In this document: positions 52,522 to 62,700 of the stretch, piece by piece
How the letters are laid out: the number at the start of each line of letters is the position of its first letter
Position numbering within the stretch: position 1 is the first letter of the stretch
Virus genome (UHGV): UHGV-0126725
DNA from: a virus
Reading direction: 5' to 3' (one strand)
Length of the DNA stretch: 64,000 nt
Translations under genes and position numbers: made by a program
The notes under the pieces: generated by a model
The model's database searches: none
Told to the model about the DNA's origin: nothing
Seen by the model: only the letters and a program-made list of their open reading frames with translations

Positions 52522-52540
52522 TAAAAAACGAGGTGAGTAG

Positions 52541-53353
52541 ATGGGATTTCTTGCAAAGAAATTTTCTTATGATCGAATTCCATGTGAAGATTATGGACTG
52601 CGGATTTATGATATAGATGGCAACAACAACGATGCTACTCCCTTTGCAAGCGTTGGAGAATTACAAACTGATGTTATTCCGTCTAAAGGACGGAATTTTT
52701 TATATGGTAGGACTTTTGAGTCACCATTAGAATTTAACTTAGTTTTTGGTCTTGATCCACTTTTCTTGAAAATGAATGAGTATTTTGATCGTTACGAAAT
52801 GGATGCAATAGCGAACTGGCTAACTGGAACAAATGAATATAAATGGCTTGATATTGAGCAACCAGATTTAGAGGTCATTAGATATCATTGTGTAATAAGT
52901 GAGTTAGAGCCTATTCAGCTATCTTGGCTACCATGGGCGTTTACTGCAAAAATCACTTGTGATTCTCCTTATGCGTATATGTATCCACAAAAATTTCATT
53001 ATATATGTAATGGGACGACAAACATTGATTTAATAAGCAGATCCACAATTAATCAATTGTATTATCCAAAACTTGAGATTCAGTTAAACGGAAGTAATGA
53101 AATATCTATTATGAATAAATCATGTGATAATGCAGAAATGAAATTCAGTGGATTGCCGCAAAATTACTTTTTAACTATTTCAGTAGATAATGATCTCGGA
53201 AGAATTACGTCCTCTGACGAAAGTTATTCAAATATGTATCAATATTTTAATTTTATATGGCTGCCATTAAAGAAGGGTATGAATAAGTTAGAAGTTAAGG
53301 GAAATTGTATACTTGATTTTACATGTGAGTTCCCAATGAATTTTGGAGGGTAG
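52541..53353 (+). CDS. Distal tail protein (Dit)
   Basis: F.YD.IPCEDYGL, ANWL, TCDSPYAY, LKKGMNKL. Confidence 0.8.
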   Translation: MGFLAKKFSYDRIPCEDYGLRIYDIDGNNNDATPFASVGELQTDVIPSKGRNFLYGRTFESPLEFNLVFGLDPLFLKMNEYFDRYEMDAIANWLTGTNEYKWLDIEQPDLEVIRYHCVISELEPIQLSWLPWAFTAKITCDSPYAYMYPQKFHYICNGTTNIDLISRSTINQLYYPKLEIQLNGSNEISIMNKSCDNAEMKFSGLPQNYFLTISVDNDLGRITSSDESYSNMYQYFNFIWLPLKKGMNKLEVKGNCILDFTCEFPMNFGG

Positions 53354-53357
53354 TAAC

Positions 53358-53732
53358 ATGAGACATGATATTTATACGTTGCCAGAAGTCGTGTTTGTTT
53401 CGGGACAGTCAATTACTCTTCGTTGGAGATTATTTACACAATCGAAGGTTCCATTCAATGCAGATGGATGCACGGGGAATTTTGCTGTAGTTGATTATTC
53501 TGATAAAACAGGAGAGACTTTAATTTCTAAACCGCTTATTTTTAGTATCGGTGATACCGAGAATGAAATAAAAAATCTTGCATCTGTTGATTTAGTTCCA
53601 TCTGATACTTTAGGTTTGCGTGGTAAATATATTTATCAAATTACTATCAAAGATGTTTATGGTGAGGTTGAAATTCCTAATCATGGGATTCTTCTTATTA
53701 CTCACAATATCAATGAGAGTTTTTTGCAATAA
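53358..53732 (+). CDS. Probable baseplate protein
   Basis: DTLGLRGKYIYQI pattern; position. Confidence 0.55.
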   Translation: MRHDIYTLPEVVFVSGQSITLRWRLFTQSKVPFNADGCTGNFAVVDYSDKTGETLISKPLIFSIGDTENEIKNLASVDLVPSDTLGLRGKYIYQITIKDVYGEVEIPNHGILLITHNINESFLQ

Positions 53733-53762
53733 AATTAAGAAGAAAGCGAGGGTGAAAACAGA

Positions 53763-54164
53763 ATGACTTCTACATATTTTCTTAATTGTATTATGGGAAA
53801 TGTATTTAGAACAAAGCTGACACCAAATCTACCAACAACTGTTTATCTTGGTTTAAGCTCTACTGAGCCTTCGGTTGATGGGTCGGGTGTGACAGAACCA
53901 TCTTCCGTTGACGGGTATGAACGCGTTGCACTGAGTTCTTTGAGTGAACCAGAAAATGGCGTGATACAAAATGAATCTGAAATTTCTTTTCCTGAAAGTA
54001 CTGCAAATTGGGGTACAATGACACATTTTGTTATCTATGATGCAAAAACTGATGGAAATCTACTTATGTATGAAAACTTGTCACAATCTCGTAATGTTGA
54101 AGCTGCTACCATTGTTATGGTGAAAACGGGCAGTCTCAAACTAACGCTTGCAAATCCATCATAA
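53763..54164 (+). CDS. Tail fiber-associated protein
   Basis: VYLGL...YERV...FPESTANWGTMTHFVIYDAKTDGNLL. Confidence 0.7.
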   Translation: MTSTYFLNCIMGNVFRTKLTPNLPTTVYLGLSSTEPSVDGSGVTEPSSVDGYERVALSSLSEPENGVIQNESEISFPESTANWGTMTHFVIYDAKTDGNLLMYENLSQSRNVEAATIVMVKTGSLKLTLANPS

Positions 54165-54189
54165 AAATTAGAAAAAGAAAGTAGGTGAG

Positions 54190-55128
54190 ATGGTGCAGAC
54201 ATTTGATGTTTATTTAAAGAAACGACTCACCGAAATTGATGTTATTATATCGCAGTTAGTACAAAGAGATGTGTTTTCTTTTTTTAGTCAGCTTTATTTG
54301 CTGTGTTCAATGGAAGATGTAAAAGTACAAAAAGCCATTGATGTTATTTCTAAACTTGAAATCGATTTAAATATTAATGATATTATAAAATTCGTCTATG
54401 AGATTTTAACCAGTGAAGTATATCTAGATACTGAACTGGATTTAGTAAGCCAAAGTTTTTCTGATGGAATAGCGGAAATGGTTTTAACTATTGATGAAAT
54501 GACTCCTGTTAGTAAAGATTTCATTGATGTTAATTCTTCTCTGGAAATTTTCGTAAATACATTAGACTATTATATCGCTCATTCATTCGGCAAGATTGAG
54601 TTTGATATGAGTTTGGTAATGAATCAGGTCGAATTTTTGAAATATAGTTTAGAAAAATATAAGAGCGAATTAAAGTTGCATATTAGTTCTAATTTTGCAA
54701 GTGAAAAACATATCGATTTAGACGAAGTAAAAACGTTTTTAAGCATTGATCCAACAGATATTTTTTATGTGTTTAATATGGAAGGCATGTCAACCATGCT
54801 AGTTTATGCTTCTTCCATAGATCATTATGTTTTTAAAAAAGTTTTACATGATTTAAATCCTACAATGATTTTTAATACATTTTCTGATGAGGCTCTTTCA
54901 TTGTCTAAATATATAGAATTTGAAACCACATTAAATCTAATTGCGTATGTAACAGATGTTTTGATCCAGACTATTTCAATGGAATCGAAAACGTACCTAT
55001 CTTGTACAGCAAGTGCAGGATTAAAACGTTATAGATTGCTTGAGGAAATGGATAACTTTACTTTGGCTGATTTTGATAATATGAATTTGCAAGAGCTTGA
55101 TTATGTCATAATTGTTGACGAAACATAG
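54190..55128 (+). CDS. Tail-region hypothetical protein
   Basis: ORF with RBS. Confidence 0.65.
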   Translation: MVQTFDVYLKKRLTEIDVIISQLVQRDVFSFFSQLYLLCSMEDVKVQKAIDVISKLEIDLNINDIIKFVYEILTSEVYLDTELDLVSQSFSDGIAEMVLTIDEMTPVSKDFIDVNSSLEIFVNTLDYYIAHSFGKIEFDMSLVMNQVEFLKYSLEKYKSELKLHISSNFASEKHIDLDEVKTFLSIDPTDIFYVFNMEGMSTMLVYASSIDHYVFKKVLHDLNPTMIFNTFSDEALSLSKYIEFETTLNLIAYVTDVLIQTISMESKTYLSCTASAGLKRYRLLEEMDNFTLADFDNMNLQELDYVIIVDET

Positions 55129-55153
55129 AAACTCTGTAAAAGGTGGTGAAATA

Positions 55154-55447
55154 ATGGTAAGAAAACAGGGTGGATTGATTACTGGATTTCAAGCAAATGA
55201 AAATGTAGTGGATAAATGCTTGGAGAAAGTTCGAGAAATTGACCCTACCTCTCTTGCTGATAAATTACTTCACATCACTATTAAAACGGATGCTTATACA
55301 AAATTTAAAATGGATGGCTTTGATTATACCACTGATGGTAACGGAAATTTTTCAAGCATTGCTATTGCTGGTATGACTACACCTGAAATTTATGATTTGC
55401 GTTTTCAAACCGATGTAACGGATTGCGTTATCTGTTTTATTTATTAG
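55154..55447 (+). CDS. Hypothetical protein
   Basis: GGTGGTGA RBS. Confidence 0.65.
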   Translation: MVRKQGGLITGFQANENVVDKCLEKVREIDPTSLADKLLHITIKTDAYTKFKMDGFDYTTDGNGNFSSIAIAGMTTPEIYDLRFQTDVTDCVICFIY

Positions 55448-55461
55448 GGCGGTGATCTGTT

Positions 55462-55647
55462 GTGTCTATGGCGTATGGATTTTATTGGGGTGTTTTTTAT
55501 CCAAGCAATAGTCCATTGTATAATCCAGATGGTGATGAACCTGTAATTAATGGCGCATGTTTTGCTGCTGTTGGTCAGCCAGAGAATTATCGTGGGTTTC
55601 TTTATCAAACCGCTGAATTATTGGCAAATTATATTCTATATGCTTAA
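55462..55647 (+). CDS. Hypothetical protein
   Basis: RBS; tight operon packing. Confidence 0.55.
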   Translation: MSMAYGFYWGVFYPSNSPLYNPDGDEPVINGACFAAVGQPENYRGFLYQTAELLANYILYA

Positions 55648-55656
55648 AGGAGGGCG

Positions 55657-55845
55657 GTGACTGATTGGATGGATTTTATTTATGAATTATTAAGAGCTGG
55701 AACGACACAAAATGATTCTGATTCTGGCTCTGAAGTAGCTCGAAAATTTAATGATAATTTCCAAAAAGTCCAAGAAAAATTTTCTGAAATTGATCAAACA
55801 TTAAAGGATCAAGCAACTGGACTTATCATTTGGGAGAAAATGTAA
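55657..55845 (+). CDS. Small tail-associated protein
   Basis: DSGSEVARKFNDNF; ends IIWEKM. Confidence 0.6.
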   Translation: MTDWMDFIYELLRAGTTQNDSDSGSEVARKFNDNFQKVQEKFSEIDQTLKDQATGLIIWEKM

Positions 55846-55904
55846 CTATATATGAACTCTTAGAGAGAGTTGGTATAAAGACGTTGTAATGGGGGTGAAA
55901 TAAA

Positions 55905-56156
55905 TTGGCTAATGTAATTTTTAAGGTTGGTACAAAGGCACTCTTTGATGCGCTGGAGCAAAAAGACACAAATACTTTGTACTGGCTGGAAGATGTACAG
56001 GAACTCTACAAGGGGAACCTTCTGTTTGCTACTGGTAAGACAGCCTCTGAAACTGCTGCCGGCTTGATGTCTCTTGCCGACAAACAAAAGCTTGACTCTA
56101 TCGATCCAGAAACTATTTCAAGTCTTGCGCAAAGCCTTGAATGGGGAACGATGTAA
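55905..56156 (+). CDS. Small fiber-associated protein
   Basis: GLMSLADKQKLD fiber repeat; ends LEWGTM. Confidence 0.65.
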   Translation: MANVIFKVGTKALFDALEQKDTNTLYWLEDVQELYKGNLLFATGKTASETAAGLMSLADKQKLDSIDPETISSLAQSLEWGTM

Positions 56157-56186
56157 TTTTTGAGATAAAAAAGGAGTGATTGAATA

Positions 56187-57941
56187 ATGGCTATTGTTGC
56201 TTTTAAGAAAGGTCTATTGGCTAATCTGCCTGGTACTTATACTGAGGGTACTTTCTATGTGACCACCGACGAGCGGGCGCTGTATTTGGACATTGATGGC
56301 TCTACCCGTGTTCGCATTGGCGACTTCCAGGAGTTTGCAAACCTTGATGCTCTTCAGGCCAACACGAACCCAAGCACCACAGCACTGTACTACATCACTG
56401 ATCTGAATGTACTGGCTAAGTGGAATGGCACTTCTTATGTGCAAATTAACCTTGATACTGGTGCTACTTCTATTGAGGTAACTGGTGATGGCAACGCTGT
56501 GACCGTTGCGGCTTATGATGCCGGCTCTCGCAAGATTACCTTAACTAAGGGAGCTACCTACACCACTACCGAGGATGTAGCAGGGGCCATCTCTGCCGCT
56601 ATTGGTGACTTGGGCAACAACGATGAGTCTGTCCCTTACGAGACTGTGAAGGATTATGTGGACGATAAGGTTGCCGATGTTGTTGCTGGCTCTATCGACG
56701 GTTTGGGGGCTTTGGCTTCTAAGGATGAGGTTGCTGAGTCAGATCTTGAAACTACTCTTGCAACCAAGATTAACGGCAAAGCGGATGTTGGTACTGTGGA
56801 TGACACCTCCGACATGGATACTTTGAAGGGTGCCAAGAAGTATGCAGACGAGAAAGCAGCTGCTGCTGAGACTAATGCAAAGGGTTATGCGGATGGTCTG
56901 ATTGGTGCTCTGGATGTTGCTGATAGTGCTGTAGCTACTCAGCTTGTGAGTGCTGTGTCTGAGGAAGACGGTAAGATTACTGTTACCCGCCGTGCTCTGG
57001 TCGCAGAGGACATTCCCGAAATTGCTCAGTCTAAGGTTACTGGCCTAACTGATGCTTTGGCTGGTAAGCAGGATTCTTTGGTGTTCAACACCGCTTATGA
57101 TGGATCTACCAACAAGGTCGCCACCATGACTGACGTGACCAATGCGGTTGCTGGTCTGTCTGGTGCTATGCACTACATTGGTGAGTCCACCACTGATCCT
57201 GCTACTGAAGTTACCGTTTCTGATGTGGACGAGTTCGCCAAGGGCGATGTGGTGACTTACAACGCCAAGGAGTATGTCTATGATGGTACTACATGGCGCG
57301 AACTGGGCGACGAGTCTTCCTTCACTGTGAAGGGTAGCATTAAGGACGCTGATATCGCTGCTGACGCTGCGATTGCTCAGTCTAAGGTGGCTGGTCTGGA
57401 ATCTGCTCTTTCTGGTAAGGCGACTCCTGCCGATATCACCACTGCTATTGATGGGCTTGATGTTGCAGATGAGGCCGTGTCTGGTCAGCTCGTGAGCGCC
57501 GTTGTTGAGACTGACGGTAAGATTGCTGTGTCTCGTCGCGCCCTTGTGGCAGATGATATTCCTACCTTGGAAATCGCTAAAGTGAATGGATTGCAGGATG
57601 CTTTAGATGGCAAGGCTGTTGAGTCCGACATTACTGATGCTATTGCTGCTCTTGATGTTGAAGACTCTGCCGTTGAGGGACAGGTTGTTTCTGCTGTTGC
57701 GGAAACTGACGGTAAGATTACTGTCACCCGTCGTGCTCTGGCAGCTAACGATATCCCTGAGCTGGCGCAGGATAAGATTACTGGTCTGACTACTGCTCTG
57801 GCTGGTAAGCAGGATAATATCACCTTTGAGACCGCCTATGACGCTTCCACGAATAAGGCCGCTACTATGACCGATGTGGATGCTGCTGAGGCCGCTGCGA
57901 ATACGTACACTGACACAGCTCTGACTTGGGGCAGCTTCTAA
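56187..57941 (+). CDS. Repeat-rich fiber protein
   Basis: Three ~55-aa repeats; visibly higher GC than the flanks. Confidence 0.75.
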   Translation: MAIVAFKKGLLANLPGTYTEGTFYVTTDERALYLDIDGSTRVRIGDFQEFANLDALQANTNPSTTALYYITDLNVLAKWNGTSYVQINLDTGATSIEVTGDGNAVTVAAYDAGSRKITLTKGATYTTTEDVAGAISAAIGDLGNNDESVPYETVKDYVDDKVADVVAGSIDGLGALASKDEVAESDLETTLATKINGKADVGTVDDTSDMDTLKGAKKYADEKAAAAETNAKGYADGLIGALDVADSAVATQLVSAVSEEDGKITVTRRALVAEDIPEIAQSKVTGLTDALAGKQDSLVFNTAYDGSTNKVATMTDVTNAVAGLSGAMHYIGESTTDPATEVTVSDVDEFAKGDVVTYNAKEYVYDGTTWRELGDESSFTVKGSIKDADIAADAAIAQSKVAGLESALSGKATPADITTAIDGLDVADEAVSGQLVSAVVETDGKIAVSRRALVADDIPTLEIAKVNGLQDALDGKAVESDITDAIAALDVEDSAVEGQVVSAVAETDGKITVTRRALAANDIPELAQDKITGLTTALAGKQDNITFETAYDASTNKAATMTDVDAAEAAANTYTDTALTWGSF

Positions 57942-57975
57942 TCAGTGTATAACAACTTCATATTTCCCATATTTG

Positions 57976-58002
57976 GGGGCGGGGTAACACCCGCCCCTTT
58001 TT
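57976..58002 (+). terminator. Intrinsic terminator
   Basis: GGGGCGGG...CCCGCCCC followed by T run. Confidence 0.7.
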
Positions 58003-58033
58003 CATTTCTCTGTAGAACGGAGGTAAAGTAAAA

Positions 58034-58456
58034 ATGGCTCTTTTTAAGATTTTGAAAGGCAATAGTTCTCGTATTTCTGTAGATATCACCCCTTTTCATG
58101 ATGGATATGCATATTTTACACCAGATGATGGTGGTTTTTATATTGACACAGAAGTTAATGGCGAACAAAAAAGAATCCGTATTAACCCTAATGACGAAAG
58201 TTTAAGTTTTGAAGTAAGCACATCTCTTCTTGCTGATGGGTGGATTTCAGGGAAGCAGACTATTACGGTCGATGGAATAACGGAAGATACAAATGGCATT
58301 GTTGGCATTGCTCAGGATATTTCAAGCTATGAGAATGAAGCTGCAAAGAAAGCAGATCTTTATGTATACGGACAAGGAAATGGGACTTTGACGATTGGAT
58401 CATTTGGTAATGTACCTACTTGTGATATCCCAATCGTAATCATTTTGTTTCGTTAA
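58034..58456 (+). CDS. Tail-associated protein
   Basis: C-terminal domain shared with 58471-58875. Confidence 0.65.
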   Translation: MALFKILKGNSSRISVDITPFHDGYAYFTPDDGGFYIDTEVNGEQKRIRINPNDESLSFEVSTSLLADGWISGKQTITVDGITEDTNGIVGIAQDISSYENEAAKKADLYVYGQGNGTLTIGSFGNVPTCDIPIVIILFR

Positions 58457-58470
58457 GGTGGTGTTGATGT

Positions 58471-58875
58471 ATGAGTGAGACACCTAATTATGGCCTTTAT
58501 TTGGAAGATGATGCTTCAACAAAGTTCAAAATATGGAGAGAAAAAATAAATGGTTCCAATGATTCTAATATGGTCAAAATCGACGCGGCACTAGGGACAA
58601 TGGCGCAAAAGAGTCGAGAAGTAATAGGGACACTTATGGCATCATCATGGGATGGAATCAATTCTCCATTTACACAAGAAATTGCTGTGGATGGACTAGG
58701 GGCAGACCAGAATGGGAATATTTCCGTATCGCAAAATGCTACATTTGAACAACGCCAAATGGCGCGTGAAGCACAGCTTTGTGTAACCGGGCAAGAAAAT
58801 GGAAAATTGATTATTTCAGCAGACGGTGAAAAACCTAATATTGATATACCAGTCTGCATTACGTTGATAGGATAA
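58471..58875 (+). CDS. Tail-associated protein
   Basis: TPNYGL...NMVKIDAAL N-terminus. Confidence 0.65.
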   Translation: MSETPNYGLYLEDDASTKFKIWREKINGSNDSNMVKIDAALGTMAQKSREVIGTLMASSWDGINSPFTQEIAVDGLGADQNGNISVSQNATFEQRQMAREAQLCVTGQENGKLIISADGEKPNIDIPVCITLIG

Positions 58876-58888
58876 GGAAGGTGAGTAT

Positions 58889-59824
58889 ATGCCAATTGTT
58901 TCAAATTTCCCATCTGGATATGGAAATATGAATACCAATGTATATGATACACAAAATAAAAAACAAGATATTTTTGAATATGTTGATGATTCACTTGCTG
59001 AAGGTCTTGCGGGGAAAGCAGATGCAAGTCATAGTCACGATACGGCTACAACATCCGCACCGGGCTTTATGAGTGCTGAAGACAAAACGAAATTGAATAA
59101 TATTGAGGATGGTGCGCAGGTTAATATTGTTACCGGAGTAAAAGGGGATTCAGAGTCATCCTATCGAACAGGCAACATTAATATAACTTGTTCTAACATA
59201 GGTGCGGCAACATCTTCTCATGCACACAATATAGCTACAACATCAAATTCTGGTTTTATGAGTGCTTCGGACAAATCTAAGCTGAACGGCATTGCATCAG
59301 GGGCACAGGTGAATACCGTGACCGGGGTAAAAGGCAGCTCAGAATCTACCTACCGAACCGGAAATATTAGTCTATCCTATGCTAATGTCGGTGCAGCAGG
59401 AGAAAATCATGTACATACTAATGCTACGGGGTTAATGTCTGGGTTTATGAGTGCTTCAGATAAAACAAAGCTTGGTGAAATTGTAGATTATGTGGATACA
59501 AAGTATTATGGTGGTTCTCCTTGGAGTTATCGTATGTGGGACTCTGGACTTATGGAATGTTGGTATAAAGCAAATTTCACAATAGGTAATATGTATAGTG
59601 ATGGGAACGTATGGTATTACTCACCGTCCGCAATCAGCTTCCCTCGCAGTTTCCTCAGCGTTTACGATATTCAGGCCGTATGTGCCACTGCGTATGGGAA
59701 CATTATTTGGACATCTTTTTATGGTATTACAAATTCAGCTTGTACTCCACAGCTTTTATCTGGAACAAAACTTTCTGGAAATACTGGAACATTATATATA
59801 TATCTAGTTGGTGCATATAAATAA
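58889..59824 (+). CDS. Tail fiber / receptor-binding protein
   Basis: 63-aa repeats (GFMSA at 59063, 59252, 59441); C-terminal YRMWDSGLMECW domain. Confidence 0.75.
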   Translation: MPIVSNFPSGYGNMNTNVYDTQNKKQDIFEYVDDSLAEGLAGKADASHSHDTATTSAPGFMSAEDKTKLNNIEDGAQVNIVTGVKGDSESSYRTGNINITCSNIGAATSSHAHNIATTSNSGFMSASDKSKLNGIASGAQVNTVTGVKGSSESTYRTGNISLSYANVGAAGENHVHTNATGLMSGFMSASDKTKLGEIVDYVDTKYYGGSPWSYRMWDSGLMECWYKANFTIGNMYSDGNVWYYSPSAISFPRSFLSVYDIQAVCATAYGNIIWTSFYGITNSACTPQLLSGTKLSGNTGTLYIYLVGAYK

Positions 59825-59834
59825 GGAGGTGTCT

Positions 59835-60431
59835 GTGTTGCGTGTAGTAAATGAAAACATGGAAACGATCACAGAGTATGATCTTACAAAGGGATATCTG
59901 ATCCCCGCGCTGGTCATCAAAGAAGATGCAACACCAATTGATGATGAAACTAAATTTGCTTGGGAAGATGAGGACTATGAAGAAGCACAGATGTATATTC
60001 AATATAGTTGGGTAAATCAAGATCTGACAGATGCTAAAAACACTATAATTCAAAAAATGTCAAGAGAATGTGAATATCAAATTTGCTCTGGAGTAACTGT
60101 AGACGGCGCAAACTATAGTTTGAATATAGAGGATCAGATGAACATGTCTGTTTTGCTTGCACAAGTAAACGCAGGTGTAAATTCTGTACCTTATCACGCA
60201 GATGGAGAAGCTTGTAGATATTATTCAGCAGAAGAATTTTCTAATATCGCTAAAAAAGCAATTGATTGGATTGCTTATCAACAAAGCTATTTCAACAGTT
60301 TGCGTGACTATATCCTTTCTATAACAACAACACAAGAACTTAGTAATGTAACATATGGAATGGATATACCAGATGATTATCAAACCACTGTTCTAAAAGA
60401 CATTCTTTCGAGTAATAATGAAGAATTTTAA
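59835..60431 (+). CDS. DUF4376-like tail fiber-associated protein
   Basis: YSLNIEDQMN...YHADGEACRYYS. Confidence 0.7.
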   Translation: MLRVVNENMETITEYDLTKGYLIPALVIKEDATPIDDETKFAWEDEDYEEAQMYIQYSWVNQDLTDAKNTIIQKMSRECEYQICSGVTVDGANYSLNIEDQMNMSVLLAQVNAGVNSVPYHADGEACRYYSAEEFSNIAKKAIDWIAYQQSYFNSLRDYILSITTTQELSNVTYGMDIPDDYQTTVLKDILSSNNEEF

Positions 60432-60834
60432 AAAATCATTTATCTTGTTTTTGATTGGTGGAATAATTTATTTTTGTATTGAGCTAATATGGCGGGGGCA
60501 TAGTCACGCATCTATGTTTATATTGGGTGGCATTTGTTTTATTGCCATAGGTGCAATAAACGAATTTATTCCGTGGAACATAGGATTATTGTGGCAGTCT
60601 ATTATTGGGGCATGTATTGTAACAATACTTGAGTTTATTACTGGACTTATTGTGAATATTTGGTTGAAGTTGGGAGTTTGGGACTATTCCAATCTTCCTT
60701 TTAACATTATGGGGCAGATATGCCTCCCTTTTTTCTTCGCTTGGATAGCAGTATCTATGATTGCTATTGTGATAGATGACTATATGAGATATTGGTTATT
60801 TGGAGAAGAAAAACCGCACTACAAGTTTTTATAA
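60418..60834 (+). CDS. Four-TM membrane protein (CmpB/TMEM229-like)
   Basis: WRGHSH.SM...GG; VWDYSNLPFNIMGQICL. Confidence 0.75.
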   Translation: MKNFKKSFILFLIGGIIYFCIELIWRGHSHASMFILGGICFIAIGAINEFIPWNIGLLWQSIIGACIVTILEFITGLIVNIWLKLGVWDYSNLPFNIMGQICLPFFFAWIAVSMIAIVIDDYMRYWLFGEEKPHYKFL

Positions 60835-60862
60835 CTGTGTATGAATTGTTGGAGGTGATATT

Positions 60863-61864
60863 TTGAGCGCATCTAAAGTCATTGAAATTGCACGTGCCGA
60901 GGTGGGATATCTTGAAAAGAAGTCCAACAGTCAATTGTATGACAAAACCGCTAATGCTGGTAGCAATAACTATACCAAGTATGGCGAGTGGTATGGAATG
61001 AATGCACAACCTTGGTGTGATATGTTTGTATCTTGGTGTGCTTATCAGGCTGGTGAATTGGATGCTGTAGGCAAATACGCCTATGTACCAAGTCATCAAA
61101 ATTTCTTTGCAAATCAAGGGCGTTACTATTCCAGAGGTTCAATTACACCACAAGCTGGTGATGTAGTAATCTTTCGTAATGAAAGTCATATTGGGTTTGT
61201 TGAATACGTTTCTGGGGGTTATGTACATACCATCGAAGGAAACACCTCTGGAGGAAGTACACTAGTAGCCAATGGCGGCGGTGTATTCCAGAAAAGCTAT
61301 CCCCTTTCTAGTAGCTATATACAGGGGTATGGACGACCTGCATATAGTTCAAAAGATAATTCTATCAACTATGATAATGCTGTCACCGTAAATTATCGCG
61401 GGACTATACATGCTAATGGCGGTCTTAATTGTCGCACATCGCCTGTAAGCGGAACCGTTATTAAAACATATGCTAACGGTTCTGTGATTACCATTACAAA
61501 AGAACTGGACGGATGGGGATATACCGGTGAAGGTTGGGTGTCTTTACAGTATGTTACTAAAATAGTAGATTCTCAACCAGAGCCAGATCCTGTGCCAGAG
61601 CAACCAACAATTACGGAGGATGATGAAGATATGACACTTGACAGATTTAAAGAACTGATGAATGAATATCGTACAGAACTAAGAGATAATGACTGCGGAG
61701 AGTGGAGCAAAGAGGCTCGTGACTGGGCTATTTCTACTGGACTGATTGAGGGTGGAGATCCGATGCCTGATGGAACTCCAAATTATATGTATGAAGATCT
61801 TGCTACACGTGAACAACTAATTGTGATCTTGTATAGGTTTGCTAAGAGTATGGGGATGGCATAA
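60863..61864 (+). CDS. Endolysin (CHAP + SH3b)
   Basis: WCDMFVSW, HIGFV, TIEGNT; LNCRTSP...GWVSLQY. Confidence 0.9.
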   Translation: MSASKVIEIARAEVGYLEKKSNSQLYDKTANAGSNNYTKYGEWYGMNAQPWCDMFVSWCAYQAGELDAVGKYAYVPSHQNFFANQGRYYSRGSITPQAGDVVIFRNESHIGFVEYVSGGYVHTIEGNTSGGSTLVANGGGVFQKSYPLSSSYIQGYGRPAYSSKDNSINYDNAVTVNYRGTIHANGGLNCRTSPVSGTVIKTYANGSVITITKELDGWGYTGEGWVSLQYVTKIVDSQPEPDPVPEQPTITEDDEDMTLDRFKELMNEYRTELRDNDCGEWSKEARDWAISTGLIEGGDPMPDGTPNYMYEDLATREQLIVILYRFAKSMGMA

Positions 61865-61869
61865 AATCC

Positions 61870-62700
61870 ATGGGAGTTATCTACAAAGTTGAAAACACAT
61901 TGAATAATAAAGTATATATTGGTAAAACAACAAGAAATATTGAAATTCGTTGGAAAGAACATTTAGCTTGTAGTGCAACTAAAGATAACAAATTTTATAG
62001 AGCTTTAAGAAAATATCCACCATCCGTATTTAAATTATCTATTATTGAAAAGGCTTCAAATGATGAATTAAATAATTTAGAAACGTATTGGATTAATCAA
62101 TATGATTCTTTTCGTAATGGATATAACAGTACAATGGGAGGCGATGGAACTCTAAAGACTGATTACGATAAAATTTATCAACTGTGGGATCAATATTTAA
62201 CTTATGATGAGATCGCCAAAATTACAGGATATCCGCATACTACAATTCGTCATATATTAAATGGATATGAGAATTATTCTACTTTTGACGCGAGAAGCAG
62301 AAATAATCCTAAGCGAAAATCTGTAAAACAATATACTCTTGACGGAGTTTTTGTTCAAAGCTATAAATCATTAAGTGACGCAGCAAGGACAACAGGATTA
62401 AGCGTTTCAATGATATATTCCTGTTGTGAAAAAATAAGATTATCTGGTGGGGGTTTTCAATGGCGATATGCTAATGATATACCTCCATCAAAATATACAT
62501 ATCGTTTAACAAAGAGCGTAATACAATTAACAATAAATAATGAATATGTTAATTCTTATAATTCACCACAAGAAGCTTCAGATAAAACTAAGGTTGCAAG
62601 AGACGGAATCTATAAATGTTGCAATGGTCGGATTAAATCTTCTGGTGGCTATAGATGGAAATATTCTGATAATAGTGGGGTGGCAAACAATGTTGTCTAA
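61870..62700 (+). CDS. Free-standing GIY-YIG homing endonuclease
   Basis: GVIYKV...VYIGKT; two NUMOD1-like repeats. Confidence 0.9.
   Translation: MGVIYKVENTLNNKVYIGKTTRNIEIRWKEHLACSATKDNKFYRALRKYPPSVFKLSIIEKASNDELNNLETYWINQYDSFRNGYNSTMGGDGTLKTDYDKIYQLWDQYLTYDEIAKITGYPHTTIRHILNGYENYSTFDARSRNNPKRKSVKQYTLDGVFVQSYKSLSDAARTTGLSVSMIYSCCEKIRLSGGGFQWRYANDIPPSKYTYRLTKSVIQLTINNEYVNSYNSPQEASDKTKVARDGIYKCCNGRIKSSGGYRWKYSDNSGVANNVV

Noticed and set aside
59500..59824. DGR variable region or shufflon
   Set aside because: No template repeat, reverse transcriptase or invertible cassette is visible.
61865..62700. Group I intron around the second GIY-YIG
   Set aside because: No intron core sequence; flanking genes are intact.
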